A stretch of 64,000 bases of DNA from an uncultured Actinomycetota bacterium (GTDB lineage: Bacteria; Actinomycetota; Actinomycetes; JAFAQI01): positions 64,001 through 128,000 of the forward strand of contig CAVYQE010000008.1 in assembly GCA_963770565.1 (NCBI GenBank), given 5' to 3'. The notes under the pieces were generated by a model. The model ran no database searches, was not told where the DNA came from, and saw nothing but the letters and a program-made list of their open reading frames with translations. Made by a program: the position numbers and the translations under genes. Numbering within the stretch: the stretch's first letter is position 1; every line of letters begins with the position of its first letter. This document shows, piece after piece, positions 42,183-52,792 of this stretch.

Positions 42183-44939
42183 CTAGCGCAGTGAGCGCAG
42201 TACGTACTGCAGGATCCCACCGTGGCGGTAGTACTCCGCCTCGCCGGCGGTGTCGATCCGCACGGTTGCGGTGAAGGTCTTGTCGTCGGCCTTCACGGTG
42301 ATCTCGCGCGGGATCCGATCGGTGCCGGCCAGCCCGGCGATCTCGAAGGTCTCCTCGCCGGTCAGGCCGAGGGACTCGCGGGACTCGCCGTCGGCGTACT
42401 GCAGGGGCAGCACTCCCATCCCGATCAGGTTGGAGCGATGGATCCGTTCGAACGACTCCGCGATCACCGCGCGGACGCCGAGCAGCATCGTGCCCTTCGC
42501 CGCCCAGTCCCGTGACGAGCCGGAGCCGTACTCCTTGCCGGCCAGGACGACCAGCGGCACGCCATCGGCGAGATAGCGCTCCGACGCCTCGAAGATCGAG
42601 ATCTCGGCGCCGTCCGGAAGGTGCCGGGTGACGCCACCCTCGGTGCCAGGTGCGAGCTGGTTACGCAGCCGGATGTTGGCAAAGGTGCCGCGGATCATCA
42701 CCTCGTGGTTGCCACGACGTGAGCCATAGGAGTTGAAGTCGCGCGACCCCACCCCGTGGTCGCTGAGGTACTGCCCGGCGGGGGAGTCCTTCTTGATGCT
42801 GCCGGCCGGCGAGATGTGATCGGTCGTCACGCTGTCACCGAGCACGGCCAGCACGCGGGCACCGCGGATGTCCTCGATCGGCGCGGGCTCGGCCGGCATC
42901 CCATCGAAGTACGGCGGCCGTCGTACGTAGGTCGAGTCCTCGGCCCACTCGAAGGCGTCGCCGTCGGGCACCGAGAGGCTCTTCCACCGCTCGTCGCCGG
43001 CGAACACATCGGAGTACGACGACGCGAAGCCCGACGAGGCGACCGTGTCGTTGATGATGTCCTGGATCTCGCGCGGCGACGGCCACAGGTCCGAGAGGAA
43101 CACGTCCTTGCCCTCGCTGTCCTGGCCGAGCGGCTCGGTCAGCAGGTCGATGTCCATCGTCCCGGCGAGCGCGTAGGCGACGACCAGCGGTGGCGAGGCG
43201 AGGTAGTTCATCTTCACGTCGGGGTTGATCCGGCCCTCGAAGTTGCGGTTGCCGCTGAGCACCGACACGGCAGCGAGATCGTTGTCGTTGACCGCCTTGC
43301 TCACCTCGGGGATCAGCGGGCCGGAGTTGCCGATGCAGGTCGTGCAGCCGTAGCCGACCAGGCCGAAGCCGAGCTTGTCGAGATATGCCGTCAACCCCGA
43401 CTTGTCGTAGTAGTCGGAGACCACCTTCGAACCCGGCGCGAGCGAGGTCTTCACCCACGGCTTGCTGCGCAGCCCGCGTTCGACCGCCTTCTTGGCGAGC
43501 AACCCGGCGCCGACCATGACGAACGGGTTGGACGTGTTGGTGCACGAGGTGATCGCGGCGACGACGACCGCGCCGTGGTCGATCACGACCTCCTCGCCGT
43601 CGATCGAGATCGCGGCCGGGTTGCTCGGCCGGCCGTGGCTCGACGTGGCTGAGTGCCGCGGGCCGTCGTTCGCGCCGTCGCGACTCACCGCCGGCGGGTC
43701 GCTGGCCGGGAACGACTCCTCCGACCCTTCGTTGGCGCTGTTGCCGTTCGGGTCGTCGACGGCGTAGTCGCCGAGCACGGCGCGGAAGCCGTCCTTCGCG
43801 CTCTTCAGCGGCACTCGGTCCTGCGGCCGTTTCGGGCCTGCCAGCGAGGGCTCGACGGTGGCCAGGTCGAGCTCGAGCCGCTCGGAGTAGACCGGCTCGT
43901 GGTCGGGGTCGTGCCAGAGCCCTTGCGCCTTCGCGTAGTGCTCGATCAGCTCGACGAGCTGGGCGGGGCGGCCGGTCAGCCTCAAGTAGGTCAACGTCTC
44001 GTCGTCGATCGGGAAGATCGCGCAGGTCGAGCCGTACTCCGGGCTCATGTTTCCGATCGTGGCCCGGTTGGCCAATGGCACTGCGGCGACGCCCGGCCCG
44101 TAGAACTCGACGAACTTCCCGACCACGCCGTGCTTGCGCAGCAGCTCGGTGATCGTCAGGACGAGGTCGGTCGCAGTCGTGCCTTCGGGTTGCACGCCGT
44201 ACAGCTTGAAGCCGACCACCCGCGGGATGAGCATCGACACCGGCTGGCCGAGCATCGCCGCTTCGGCCTCGATGCCGCCGACGCCCCAGCCGAGTACGCC
44301 GAGGCCGTTGATCATCGTGGTGTGGGAGTCGGTGCCGACCAGGGTGTCGGGGTAGGCGGTGCCGTCTGCGTCGAAGACGACCCGGGCCAGGTATTCGAGG
44401 TTCACCTGGTGGACGATTCCGGTGTCCGGCGGCACGACAGTGAAGCCATCGAAGGCGTTCTGCCCCCAGCGCAGGAACTGGTAGCGCTCCTGGTTGCGCT
44501 CGAACTCCAGCGCCGCGTTGCGCTGGAAGGCGTCCGGTGCGCCGAAGACGTCGACGATGACGGAGTGGTCGATGACAAGTTCGGTGGGCACCAGCGGGTT
44601 GATCTTCTTGGGGTCGCCGCCGAGGGCCCGCATCGCCTCGCGCATCGCGGCCAGGTCGACGACACACGGCACTCCGGTGAAGTCCTGCATGACGACCCGG
44701 GCCGGGGAAAACTGGATCTCGGTGTCCGGCTCGGCGTCGGGGTCCCAGCCGGCCAGCGCCCGGATCTGGTCGGCGGTGACGTTGTGACCGTCCTCGTTGC
44801 GGAGCAGGTTCTCGAGGAGCACCTTCAAGCTGTAGGGGAGGTGCGCACTGCCGTCGACCGCGTCGATCCGGTAGACGGTGAGGTCGCGGTCACCGACGGT
44901 CAGGGTCGACCGGGCGCCGAAGCTGTTGGGGTTGGCCAT
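42183..44939 (-). CDS. acnA: Aconitate hydratase A
   Basis: [48 protein letters not shown]. Confidence 0.98.
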   Translation of the reverse strand: MANPNSFGARSTLTVGDRDLTVYRIDAVDGSAHLPYSLKVLLENLLRNEDGHNVTADQIRALAGWDPDAEPDTEIQFSPARVVMQDFTGVPCVVDLAAMREAMRALGGDPKKINPLVPTELVIDHSVIVDVFGAPDAFQRNAALEFERNQERYQFLRWGQNAFDGFTVVPPDTGIVHQVNLEYLARVVFDADGTAYPDTLVGTDSHTTMINGLGVLGWGVGGIEAEAAMLGQPVSMLIPRVVGFKLYGVQPEGTTATDLVLTITELLRKHGVVGKFVEFYGPGVAAVPLANRATIGNMSPEYGSTCAIFPIDDETLTYLRLTGRPAQLVELIEHYAKAQGLWHDPDHEPVYSERLELDLATVEPSLAGPKRPQDRVPLKSAKDGFRAVLGDYAVDDPNGNSANEGSEESFPASDPPAVSRDGANDGPRHSATSSHGRPSNPAAISIDGEEVVIDHGAVVVAAITSCTNTSNPFVMVGAGLLAKKAVERGLRSKPWVKTSLAPGSKVVSDYYDKSGLTAYLDKLGFGLVGYGCTTCIGNSGPLIPEVSKAVNDNDLAAVSVLSGNRNFEGRINPDVKMNYLASPPLVVAYALAGTMDIDLLTEPLGQDSEGKDVFLSDLWPSPREIQDIINDTVASSGFASSYSDVFAGDERWKSLSVPDGDAFEWAEDSTYVRRPPYFDGMPAEPAPIEDIRGARVLAVLGDSVTTDHISPAGSIKKDSPAGQYLSDHGVGSRDFNSYGSRRGNHEVMIRGTFANIRLRNQLAPGTEGGVTRHLPDGAEISIFEASERYLADGVPLVVLAGKEYGSGSSRDWAAKGTMLLGVRAVIAESFERIHRSNLIGMGVLPLQYADGESRESLGLTGEETFEIAGLAGTDRIPREITVKADDKTFTATVRIDTAGEAEYYRHGGILQYVLRSLR

Positions 44940-45552
44940 CGATGAGCTCCTGATCTAGTGGTGTGTCTCGGTGCGTCGGCGGGTGGTGCGCGACGGGGGA
45001 CTCGCGGACCGCTTGTTCTGCGAGGTCGAGGATCGCGTCGAGATGCTGCACCGGCATGCCGGTGGCGAGCTGGGCGACGAGCCCGTCGTACGCGAGCAGC
45101 AAGAACGCGGCCAGGGTCTCGATCGGGACGTCGTCACGCACCACGCCGGCGTCGCGCTGGCGCGCCAGCCGGGCCTGGGTCGCGCGGGTGATCGAGCGAA
45201 GGTGGTGCTGCCAGAGCGCCGCGAACTGCGGATCGGTCCGGACCCGGCGCGACACCTCGAGCTGTACGCCGAGCCAGCCGACATCCTTGTCCCGAAGCTT
45301 GTGCATCGCCCCGACCAGGCCGAAGTCGTCGACGAGGGTCGCGACCTCTTCGGCGTCCTCCTGGGCGAGGGCCAGGAACAGCGCGTCCTTGTCGGCGAAG
45401 TGGTGAAAGATCGCGCCACGCGACAGGCCGGTGGCTTCCTCGAGCCGGCGAACGGTGGCGCCTTCGTAGCCGTATGCCGCAAACGCTCGCCGGGCGCCTT
45501 CTAGGACGCGGCGCCGGGTCGCTTCGAGCCGTTCGGGGCTGACCTTGGGCAC
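44890..45552 (-). CDS. acnR: TetR-family regulator, AcnR-like
   Basis: MPKVS...[25 protein letters not shown] as in AcnR/Rv1474c; adjacent to acnA. Confidence 0.85.
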   Translation of the reverse strand: MPKVSPERLEATRRRVLEGARRAFAAYGYEGATVRRLEEATGLSRGAIFHHFADKDALFLALAQEDAEEVATLVDDFGLVGAMHKLRDKDVGWLGVQLEVSRRVRTDPQFAALWQHHLRSITRATQARLARQRDAGVVRDDVPIETLAAFLLLAYDGLVAQLATGMPVQHLDAILDLAEQAVRESPVAHHPPTHRDTPLDQELIDGQPQQLRRPVDPDRR

Positions 45553-45558
45553 GACCGA

Positions 45559-45588
45559 ACTTTACCAAACCGTACGTCCGTCTTGCAA
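45559..45588 (-). promoter_or_regulatory. Leaderless promoter of acnR-acnA with a putative operator in the spacer
   Basis: Minus strand TTGCAA-N18-TAAAGT-N6-GTG; imperfect palindrome AAACCGTACGTCCGTCTT at 45567-45584. Confidence 0.6.
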
Positions 45589-45599
45589 TAGCCCGGTCC

Positions 45600-45682
45600 C
45601 AAGCAATGTCACATTGCCCAGCTGTTTCCGGGGGTGATGTGACCTTGCCCCGACGAAGTGGGGGGCAATGTCACATTGCTTG
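45600..45682 (+). repeat. Dispersed triple-palindrome element, copy 3
   Basis: Motif centres at 45610, 45641 and 45672; CAAGC...GCTTG ends. Confidence 0.92.
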
Positions 45683-46282
45683 TCGTGACCGTGACGGGTC
45701 GGCCGGCGGCGCGGGTTCGGTGATCTCGCGGCGCTGGACGGGGAGGGCCTCGCGGGCGGCGGCCGCCAGCGTCGCGCGCGCTTCGTCGGCGAGGTCGAGG
45801 AGCTCGAGGTCGGCCTGGTTGTGCAGCCGGGCCGCGTCGATCAGGAGCTGGATCAGGGGCTGCTGCTCGTGCCCGCGGCGCAGCTCGCTCAGCGTGCGCA
45901 GCTGGCCGAGCTGGTAGGCGCGCTGGCGGCTGACCACCGCACTCACGGTGTCGGCGCCGGCCCGCGACGCGACCAGCAGCTTGAAGAACAGCTCGTCGCG
46001 ATAACCGCTGACCCGCTCGGCGGGCTGCTCGAGCCAGGCGGCAAGCTCCGCGCGCCCGGCGTCGGTCAGCGCGTAGACCCGCCGATCGGGGCGGACGTCG
46101 TTCGGCACCCGCTCGCTGGTGACGCAGCCGTCCCGCGCGAGCCGGTCGAGGGTCTGGTAGAGGTGGCCGATGTTGAGCCGGCCCCACTGCGGGCCGATCG
46201 CCGCCTCGAACCGTTGCTTGAGCTCGTACCCGTGGGTCGGCCCGTCGTCGAGCAGCGCCAGGACCGCGTGTTGTATCGGCAT
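45671..46282 (-). CDS. PadR-family transcriptional regulator
   Basis: THGYELK, LNIGHLYQTLDRL, RRVYALTDAGRAELAAWL; stop codon lies inside repeat copy 3. Confidence 0.9.
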   Translation of the reverse strand: MPIQHAVLALLDDGPTHGYELKQRFEAAIGPQWGRLNIGHLYQTLDRLARDGCVTSERVPNDVRPDRRVYALTDAGRAELAAWLEQPAERVSGYRDELFFKLLVASRAGADTVSAVVSRQRAYQLGQLRTLSELRRGHEQQPLIQLLIDAARLHNQADLELLDLADEARATLAAAAREALPVQRREITEPAPPADPSRSRQAM

Positions 46283-46332
46283 GGTCACGATCCCCCTACG
46301 GATGCTTGGCAGGCCGACTCGGCCATGGTTGC

Positions 46333-46362
46333 ATACCGGCAATGTATACCGCTCGAATGTAT
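46333..46362. promoter_or_regulatory. Possible PadR operator in the divergent promoter
   Basis: AT-rich ATAC-N7-GTAT overlapping ATAC-N9-GTAT; AATGTAT repeated at 46341 and 46356. Confidence 0.4.
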
Positions 46363-46376
46363 CTCTGGCGTCGTTC

Positions 46377-47129
46377 GTGAGCGAGTCGGCTCGACCGGGC
46401 GCCAGGGTCGAGGTCACCGACGTGGTTCGCCGCTACGGCCGCGGGGAGTCCGAGGTGGTGGCGCTTGGGGGCGTCAGCCTGGCGGCCGCGAGCGGGCAGA
46501 TGATCGCCCTCACCGGTCCGTCCGGCTCGGGCAAGTCGACCCTGCTGCATCTGCTCGCGGCCTTCGACCGGCCGGACAGCGGATCGGTGGTGATCGACGG
46601 GGTCGACCTCACCCGGGTCCGGCGGGCCGATCTGGTTGCGCATCGGCGCCGGGTCGGGTTCGTGTTCCAGCGGTTCAACCTGCTGCCGTCGCTGACCGCG
46701 ACCGACAACATCCTGGCGCCGGTCCTTCCGTACCGGGTCGACTTCGACAAAGGCGAACGCGCCGCACGGCTGCTCGCCGACGTCGGCATCGAGGGCCGGG
46801 GCAACGCCTTGCCCTCCGAGCTCTCTGGTGGCCAACAGCAGCGGGTGGCGATCGCCCGGGCGCTGGTCAACTCGCCGTCACTGCTGCTCGCCGACGAGCC
46901 AACCGGCAACCTCGACTCGGCCACTGGTGATGAAGTACTGGCCCTGATCATGGCGCTGCGCGCGGCCAGCGGGATGACGGTCGTGGTCGCGACCCACAAC
47001 CCGAGCGTCGCGGCGCACGCGGACCGGGTGCTGCATCTGCGGGACGGCCAGATCACCGACGACATCACCGTGCGCGCCCAGGATGCCCCGGACGAGCTGC
47101 TCGCCCGGATCAACAAGCTCAGGGGCTGA
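46377..47129 (+). CDS. ABC transporter ATP-binding protein (LolD/MacB type)
   Basis: [36 protein letters not shown]. Confidence 0.93.
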   Translation: MSESARPGARVEVTDVVRRYGRGESEVVALGGVSLAAASGQMIALTGPSGSGKSTLLHLLAAFDRPDSGSVVIDGVDLTRVRRADLVAHRRRVGFVFQRFNLLPSLTATDNILAPVLPYRVDFDKGERAARLLADVGIEGRGNALPSELSGGQQQRVAIARALVNSPSLLLADEPTGNLDSATGDEVLALIMALRAASGMTVVVATHNPSVAAHADRVLHLRDGQITDDITVRAQDAPDELLARINKLRG

Positions 47130-47133
47130 GTCG

Positions 47134-49905
47134 GTGAGCCAGCGGCGGCGATCCGGAGGGCGCGGGCGGATGGTCCTGGCCCAACTGCGCAACGACCGGC
47201 CGCGCACGGTGACGATGCTGGCGGCAGTGGCGGTGGCCACTGCGGCGTTCACGGTGCTGACCGGCGCGGCCGACACGGCCCGGGTGGTGGCCAACCAGAA
47301 GGTCACCTCGACCGGCCCGAGTGCCTACGACATCCTGGTCCGCCCGCGCGGCTCGCAAACCGCGGTGGAGCGCACCAGCGGCGAGGTCCGCCCGGGCTTC
47401 CTCGACGGTGTCTTCGGCGGGATCAGCATGAAGCAGTACCACGCGATCAGCCGGATCCAGGGCGTGCAGGTCGCGGCACCGGTCGCGATGGTGGGATACA
47501 CGCTGCAAGTCGTGCCGTTCGGGATCAGCCTCGGACCGCTCCGGTCGCGAGCCACGAGGCAGCTGTACGAGGTGTCGGACGAGATGGCGACCGACCGCGG
47601 GCTGTCGCACATTCCGACCCCGCCGTCGTACGTCTACCTGACCCGGCGACCCCTCCACCTGCCCCCGAACCGAGGCACGCTGAAGCAGATCGACGAGCCG
47701 ATCAGGGAGGTCGAGCCAGGCGGCCAGGTCGTTCCGATCTGCGCCGGAGGAGAGCCGAAGTACACCAGCCCGTACATCGCCAAGGCTCGCGGCAACGACC
47801 GTTGCCTGCCGCTGGCGACTGCCTCGCACCAGCGCTACCCGACCTCGCTGTACATCTCGGTGCCGCTGCTGATCGAGGCGATCGACCCCTCTGCCGAGGC
47901 CCGGCTGGACGGCCTGAATCGCAGCATCGTCAAGGGTCGGTACTTGCGCGGCTCCGACGGGGTGAACAGCGTTCGCGGCACGCACGCAGACCTGGACAGC
48001 CCGACCTTCCCGGTGCTGGTGTCCAATCGCAACTACCTCGACAATGAGCTCACTGTTACTGTCCGCCGGCTTGCCGCCGCCGCCGCGCGGGCGGTGCCGG
48101 CGCGTCCGCTCGCGCTCGAGGACAACGCCTCGCGCGGCACCGGTCCGGTGGTCAGCGTCCAACACATCTCGATCGGGACGGCCTATCGCCGGCTGGTCGA
48201 ACAACTGCGCGGCAAGACCGACCGCAACCTGTTCAGCCCGGTGGACGGGCTCTGGCGGGTGACGCCGACCGGCTACACGGCGGCCGGGAATGACGCGCCG
48301 CTTGAGCCGAAGTCGATCTCCAACCCGAACACGGTCTGGCACTCGGTGTTCCAATCGGACGGATTCGTGGCGGTGCCACCGGACGACCAGGACACGGCGT
48401 ACCGCGCGATCCACGAGCACGTCGCGAGCAACAGCGCGTTCGGCCAGCCAACGTTGCCGGTGCCGATCGCAGTGGGCGTGTTCGATCCGAACAAGATCCC
48501 GCCGTTCAACCCGCTGACGCACGTGCCGCTCGGCGGCTACGAGCCGCCTCAGGCCACGCCGGCGGACCCGCGGTCCGCCGCGCTGCTGCACGGTCGAGGC
48601 CTGCTTCCGAACAGCAACCTGGGCGGCTACCTCGGTCAACCGCCCCAGCTCGTCACGACCCTCGCCGCGCTGCCGGCCCTGGAGAACTCGCAGGCGTTCA
48701 GCGGCAACCTCGACCCGGGCCGCCCGATCAGCGCGATCCGGATCCGGGTGGCGGGCGCGACCGGTGAAGATGCGTTGAGCCGCGCGCGGGTCAACCTGGT
48801 GGCGCAGGACATCATCCAGCGGACCGGGTTGCAGGTCGACATCACCGCCGGGTCGTCGCCGTCGACCCGGGTCACCGATCTGCCGGCCGGCACGTTCGGT
48901 CGCCCGGCGCTCGCGATCCGTGAGGGCTGGGTGGTCAAGGACATCGTCGTGCTGATCCTGCATAGCGTCGATCGCAAGAGTCTGTTGCTGTTCATCCTGG
49001 TGCTGGTCGTGAGCGGGCTGTTCGTGCTGAACGCGGCGACCGCCGCCGTCCGCTCGCGGCGCGGCCAGCTCGGGGTGCTGGCCTGCACCGGGTGGGGACA
49101 GCGACAGCTGTTCGGCGTGGTGATGTCCGAACAGATCGCGATCGGTCTGGTCGCCGGCGTCGTCGGGGTGGGCGTCGCCGTCCCGGTCGCGGACGCGACC
49201 GGGCTCCAGGTGACGTTGGCCCGGGTCGCCGTCGCGGTCGCCGCGGCCACCGTGCTCTCGGCGCTGGCCGCGATCCCGCCTGCGTTCACGGCAGCGAGGT
49301 CGAACCCGCTCGAGGCGATCCGCCCGGTCGCCGGGCACTACCGGTCCAGGCATCCGGTCCGTACGACGGTCGGCCTCGCGGCTCTCAACCTCGCGCGGGC
49401 GCGTGGACGCAGCGCGATCGCGGTAGTCGGCCTCGCCATCGGCATCTGCTCGACGATCTTCCTGCTCGCCGTCACGACGAGCTTCAACGGGCAGCTGGCG
49501 GGTGACCTGCTCGGTCAGGCAGTGACGGTCCGGGTGCGCGCGGTCGACTATGCGGCGGTGATCGTCATGCTCGGGCTCGGCGCGTTCGGGGTCAGCGACG
49601 TGCTCTATCTCAACGTGCGCGAGCGGGCGGCGGAGCTGGCCACCTTGCAGGCCACCGGATGGTCGCGTCGACAGGTCGGGCGGATGATCACGGCTGAGGG
49701 CGCGATGCTCGGGGTGGCCGGCGCGGTGCTCGGAGCGGTCGCGGGCACCGCCCTGATCGTCAACTTCACCAGCGAGACCGTTCATCGCGCGCTGCCGCTC
49801 GCGTTCGTCGCGGTCGCGGTCGGCGTGCTGCTCGGCGCGATGGCCGCACTGCTACCGGTCCAAGCCCTGCCACGCCGGCTCTCGGCCGCACTCGCCGAGG
49901 AGTGA
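47134..49905 (+). CDS. FtsX/MacB-like ABC permease with a large extracytoplasmic domain
   Basis: N-terminal TM, YDILVRP, soluble region of about 570 aa, two FtsX segments ([22 protein letters not shown]); start may be ATG 47170. Confidence 0.85.
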   Translation: MSQRRRSGGRGRMVLAQLRNDRPRTVTMLAAVAVATAAFTVLTGAADTARVVANQKVTSTGPSAYDILVRPRGSQTAVERTSGEVRPGFLDGVFGGISMKQYHAISRIQGVQVAAPVAMVGYTLQVVPFGISLGPLRSRATRQLYEVSDEMATDRGLSHIPTPPSYVYLTRRPLHLPPNRGTLKQIDEPIREVEPGGQVVPICAGGEPKYTSPYIAKARGNDRCLPLATASHQRYPTSLYISVPLLIEAIDPSAEARLDGLNRSIVKGRYLRGSDGVNSVRGTHADLDSPTFPVLVSNRNYLDNELTVTVRRLAAAAARAVPARPLALEDNASRGTGPVVSVQHISIGTAYRRLVEQLRGKTDRNLFSPVDGLWRVTPTGYTAAGNDAPLEPKSISNPNTVWHSVFQSDGFVAVPPDDQDTAYRAIHEHVASNSAFGQPTLPVPIAVGVFDPNKIPPFNPLTHVPLGGYEPPQATPADPRSAALLHGRGLLPNSNLGGYLGQPPQLVTTLAALPALENSQAFSGNLDPGRPISAIRIRVAGATGEDALSRARVNLVAQDIIQRTGLQVDITAGSSPSTRVTDLPAGTFGRPALAIREGWVVKDIVVLILHSVDRKSLLLFILVLVVSGLFVLNAATAAVRSRRGQLGVLACTGWGQRQLFGVVMSEQIAIGLVAGVVGVGVAVPVADATGLQVTLARVAVAVAAATVLSALAAIPPAFTAARSNPLEAIRPVAGHYRSRHPVRTTVGLAALNLARARGRSAIAVVGLAIGICSTIFLLAVTTSFNGQLAGDLLGQAVTVRVRAVDYAAVIVMLGLGAFGVSDVLYLNVRERAAELATLQATGWSRRQVGRMITAEGAMLGVAGAVLGAVAGTALIVNFTSETVHRALPLAFVAVAVGVLLGAMAALLPVQALPRRLSAALAEE

Positions 49906-51422
49906 GCGACCTGCGGGCCCTTGCGGGCCTGGCGGTCGCGAGCGTCCTCCTCGTTGCGGGGTGTCACGGGTCCAAGCCCGGCTCGGCGCCGGTCGTGTCG
50001 TCGTCGACCGGACAGCATCCGACGGCGGCGCACCCGATTGCCGCCCGGCTGACCGTCCCACCGCAGGTATGGCCGGTGGCTCGGGGCGGCGACCGGCCGC
50101 CGTACACCGAGGCCCGGTCGGATCCAGGGGTCGACGACGAATACCCGGGCCGGGGCGCGGCCGGCGTCGATGCGCTGCACTACGGTCTCGACCTGACCTG
50201 GGACGCGCAACGCCGCCTGCTGTCCGGCAGCGCCGCGATCAGCTTCCGCGCGACCCGGGGTGAGACGTCGATCACGCTCGACTTCGGTGCCGCGCTTCGG
50301 CCCCGAGGCGTCCGGTTTGATGGCCGGCGAGTGCCGGCGCGACACCCTGGATCGAAGCTGGTGGTCACGACCGGCCCGTTGTCCGCCGACAGCCCACACA
50401 CGGTCGTCGTCCGGTACGACGGCAGGCCGCGGCCGACCCAGTCGACATCGAGCCCCGACCTGTCCGGTCTCGGATGGAACGTGCAGCCCGACGGCACGGT
50501 CTGGACGGTCCAGGAGCCCTTCGGCGCCTACACCTGGTATCCGGTCGATGATCAGCCGTCGGACAAGGCGTTCTACGACATCACCTGGCACACCAAGGCT
50601 TCCTGGACCGGGGTGAGCAACGGGCGGCTGGTCGGCGACTCGGTGCACGACGGCCGGCGCACTACCCGTTGGCAGCTCGACTCGCCGGCCGCGAGCTATC
50701 TGGTCACAGCGGTGATCGGGCCCTACCAGCAGTACCGACAGACCGGCCCGCGCGGGTTGCCGCTCAGCTATTGGGTCACCCGGCCGGACCGGCCCGTGCT
50801 CCGGGTGCTCGACCAGACGCCGGCGATGCTCCAGTGGCTCGAGGCCCGACTCGGTCGCTACCCGTTCGACTCGCTCGGCGACGTCGTGGTGCCGGCCCAC
50901 ACCGCGGTCGAGACGCAGACGATGGTCACGGTCGGGGCTCCGGTGCTCCGGCTGCCGGCCGGGGCGAGTGACCTGCTGCACGAGTACGTCCATTCCTGGT
51001 ACGGCGACGAGGTGACGCCCAGTGGTTGGGACGACCTGTGGCTCAACGAGAGCTTCGCCTTCTACGTCCAGCTCACCTGGGAGGCCTCGCACGGGGTCGC
51101 GACGACCGCCGAGTGGCGGCGGATGCTGGATCGCGACGATCAGCGGCTGCGGACGACGTACGGCCCGCCGGGCCGGCCCGACCCGGGGGACTTCGCCGCG
51201 CTGAACGTCTATGAATGCGGTGCCCGGATGCTCGATCGGCTGCGCTCGATGCTCGGTCCGCGGCTGTTCGCCGACGTGCTGCGCGGATGGCCGCAACAGC
51301 ATCGCTTCGGCACCGTCAATCGAAACGAGTGGATTGCCTTCCTCGACCATCGGACCGGCCGCGACCTGCGGTCCTTCGTCGAGCATTGGCTCGACTCGCG
51401 GCGGTCGCCGGGCCGAACATGA
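49902..51422 (+). CDS. M1 family metalloaminopeptidase, lipoprotein
   Basis: Lipobox VAGC, PVDDQPSDKA, HEYVH-X18-E (LWLNESFA). Confidence 0.9.
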   Translation: MSDLRALAGLAVASVLLVAGCHGSKPGSAPVVSSSTGQHPTAAHPIAARLTVPPQVWPVARGGDRPPYTEARSDPGVDDEYPGRGAAGVDALHYGLDLTWDAQRRLLSGSAAISFRATRGETSITLDFGAALRPRGVRFDGRRVPARHPGSKLVVTTGPLSADSPHTVVVRYDGRPRPTQSTSSPDLSGLGWNVQPDGTVWTVQEPFGAYTWYPVDDQPSDKAFYDITWHTKASWTGVSNGRLVGDSVHDGRRTTRWQLDSPAASYLVTAVIGPYQQYRQTGPRGLPLSYWVTRPDRPVLRVLDQTPAMLQWLEARLGRYPFDSLGDVVVPAHTAVETQTMVTVGAPVLRLPAGASDLLHEYVHSWYGDEVTPSGWDDLWLNESFAFYVQLTWEASHGVATTAEWRRMLDRDDQRLRTTYGPPGRPDPGDFAALNVYECGARMLDRLRSMLGPRLFADVLRGWPQQHRFGTVNRNEWIAFLDHRTGRDLRSFVEHWLDSRRSPGRT

Positions 51423-51533
51423 CGCTGCAGCGGGTCGATCCCGTTTGTGCGGACGAAGTTGCCAGAGCGTGGCAGAATCCGTCAACGTTCGGCGCACGAA
51501 GGCGCGCGACGCACCTGACGCGGGGGATCCACG

Positions 51534-52658
51534 ATGAGCCGGATGACACGTGCACTGGGCCTGCTCGTCGTACCGGTGGCGGTTGTCACCATGCTCCCGG
51601 GAACGGCGCAGGCCGTCGCGCCGTTCGGTCCCGCGCATCAGGTCCTGCCGGACAGCTGCGCGGGAAGCCTGACCGTCCTGGACTCGTCGGGGGGCCGGCA
51701 CGGGTTCACGCTTTGCCGGCTCAGCAGCGGGTACGACGACCTGTACGCCGTGACCGCGGCACCGGGAGCCAGCACATGGAAACGGACCCGGGTCGCTACC
51801 AAGGCTCAGTCCCTGATGGCGGTCGCAGACGACGGGCACTCCTCGTACGCGCTCTACGACAGCACGACCGGCGTCGAGCTGCTCACCCGTACCAGATCTG
51901 GGACGAATCACGTCAAGACACTGGTCGCCAAGCGAGACGGCGCGGCAGGCACTGGAGCACTGGTCGCCCGAGGCGGCAAATGGTGGGCGGTGTGGTCGGA
52001 CGAGACCGCCATTACTGGCGGGACGGAGTGCTTCTACCTGTTCCAGGCGAAGACGCTCGACGGGATCCAGGGTGCCCACAACACCAAGCTGTGCGCGAGC
52101 GAGCCGAGCCTCGCGCTCGGCTCTAACGGTGAGCCGGTCCTCACGTATCGCGTCTCGCAGGATGAGGTCGGCGGCCAGGTCGTCGTGTCCAAGTGGCGGG
52201 CGGGCAAGTGGTCCAAGCCGCATGTCGTGACTGCGAAGAACCAGGTCGGAAAGCTTCCGACGGTGAGCGTGTCGGGCACGACGACGCGGGTGACCTGGCT
52301 GCAGTTCGTCCCGGGCAAGAACCACTACGTCGTCGAGGTCGCGACGGAGGTCGGCAGCGGTGCTTGGCATACCAGGTCGTTCGCGCCACCCGCGGTGTTC
52401 GACACGGCGGTGGTCTCGCATCCGCAGACGGTCGAGTCAAAGGGCAAGGTGGTCGTTGCCTGGACGGTGCTCAGCACCAAGGGCAAGGAGATCATCGAGG
52501 TCGAGGAGAACACCGGCGGCAAGTGGTCACAACGCGAAGTCGGTGACGGCACCAGCGGCGACGCTGTGCTCACTCAGCTCGCCGCGATCAAGGGGCGCGC
52601 CTATCTCGTCATGGAGCACTCCGACACCACGATCTACGACCTGGCCGCGCATCAGTAG
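51534..52658 (+). CDS. Secreted hypothetical protein, beta-rich
   Basis: Sec signal ending AQA, four Cys, repeated beta-strand patterns; GC3-biased codons. Confidence 0.72.
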   Translation: MSRMTRALGLLVVPVAVVTMLPGTAQAVAPFGPAHQVLPDSCAGSLTVLDSSGGRHGFTLCRLSSGYDDLYAVTAAPGASTWKRTRVATKAQSLMAVADDGHSSYALYDSTTGVELLTRTRSGTNHVKTLVAKRDGAAGTGALVARGGKWWAVWSDETAITGGTECFYLFQAKTLDGIQGAHNTKLCASEPSLALGSNGEPVLTYRVSQDEVGGQVVVSKWRAGKWSKPHVVTAKNQVGKLPTVSVSGTTTRVTWLQFVPGKNHYVVEVATEVGSGAWHTRSFAPPAVFDTAVVSHPQTVESKGKVVVAWTVLSTKGKEIIEVEENTGGKWSQREVGDGTSGDAVLTQLAAIKGRAYLVMEHSDTTIYDLAAHQ

Positions 52659-52697
52659 CCCCGACCGGCCCGCGCGGGTTCCGGCCATCGCCCGGCT

Positions 52698-52780
52698 CAA
52701 GCAATGTCACATTGCCCAGCCCTTTCCGGGGGTGGTGTGACATTGCCCCCACGAAGTGGGGGGCAATGTCACACTGCTTG
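52698..52780 (+). repeat. Dispersed triple-palindrome element, copy 4
   Basis: Motif centres at 52708, 52739 and 52770; between convergent genes. Confidence 0.92.
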
Positions 52781-52792
52781 TCGAGAACGCGA

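Noticed and set aside
45606-45917. ORFs beginning MSHCP or containing QCHIA/QCDIA at several loci
   Set aside because: These are translations of the repeat element, not a protein family.
51423-51533. Possible riboswitch upstream of the secreted protein
   Set aside because: No recognisable aptamer consensus or terminator.
47119-52421. Long antisense ORFs (888 and 879 aa here, and many others such as 42835-44667)
   Set aside because: Shadow frames of real genes in high-GC DNA; Arg/Pro-rich with no motifs.
20178-52780. Triple-palindrome elements as mini CRISPR arrays
   Set aside because: Repeats are only 15 bp, linkers are 16 bp and related between copies, and no cas genes are present.
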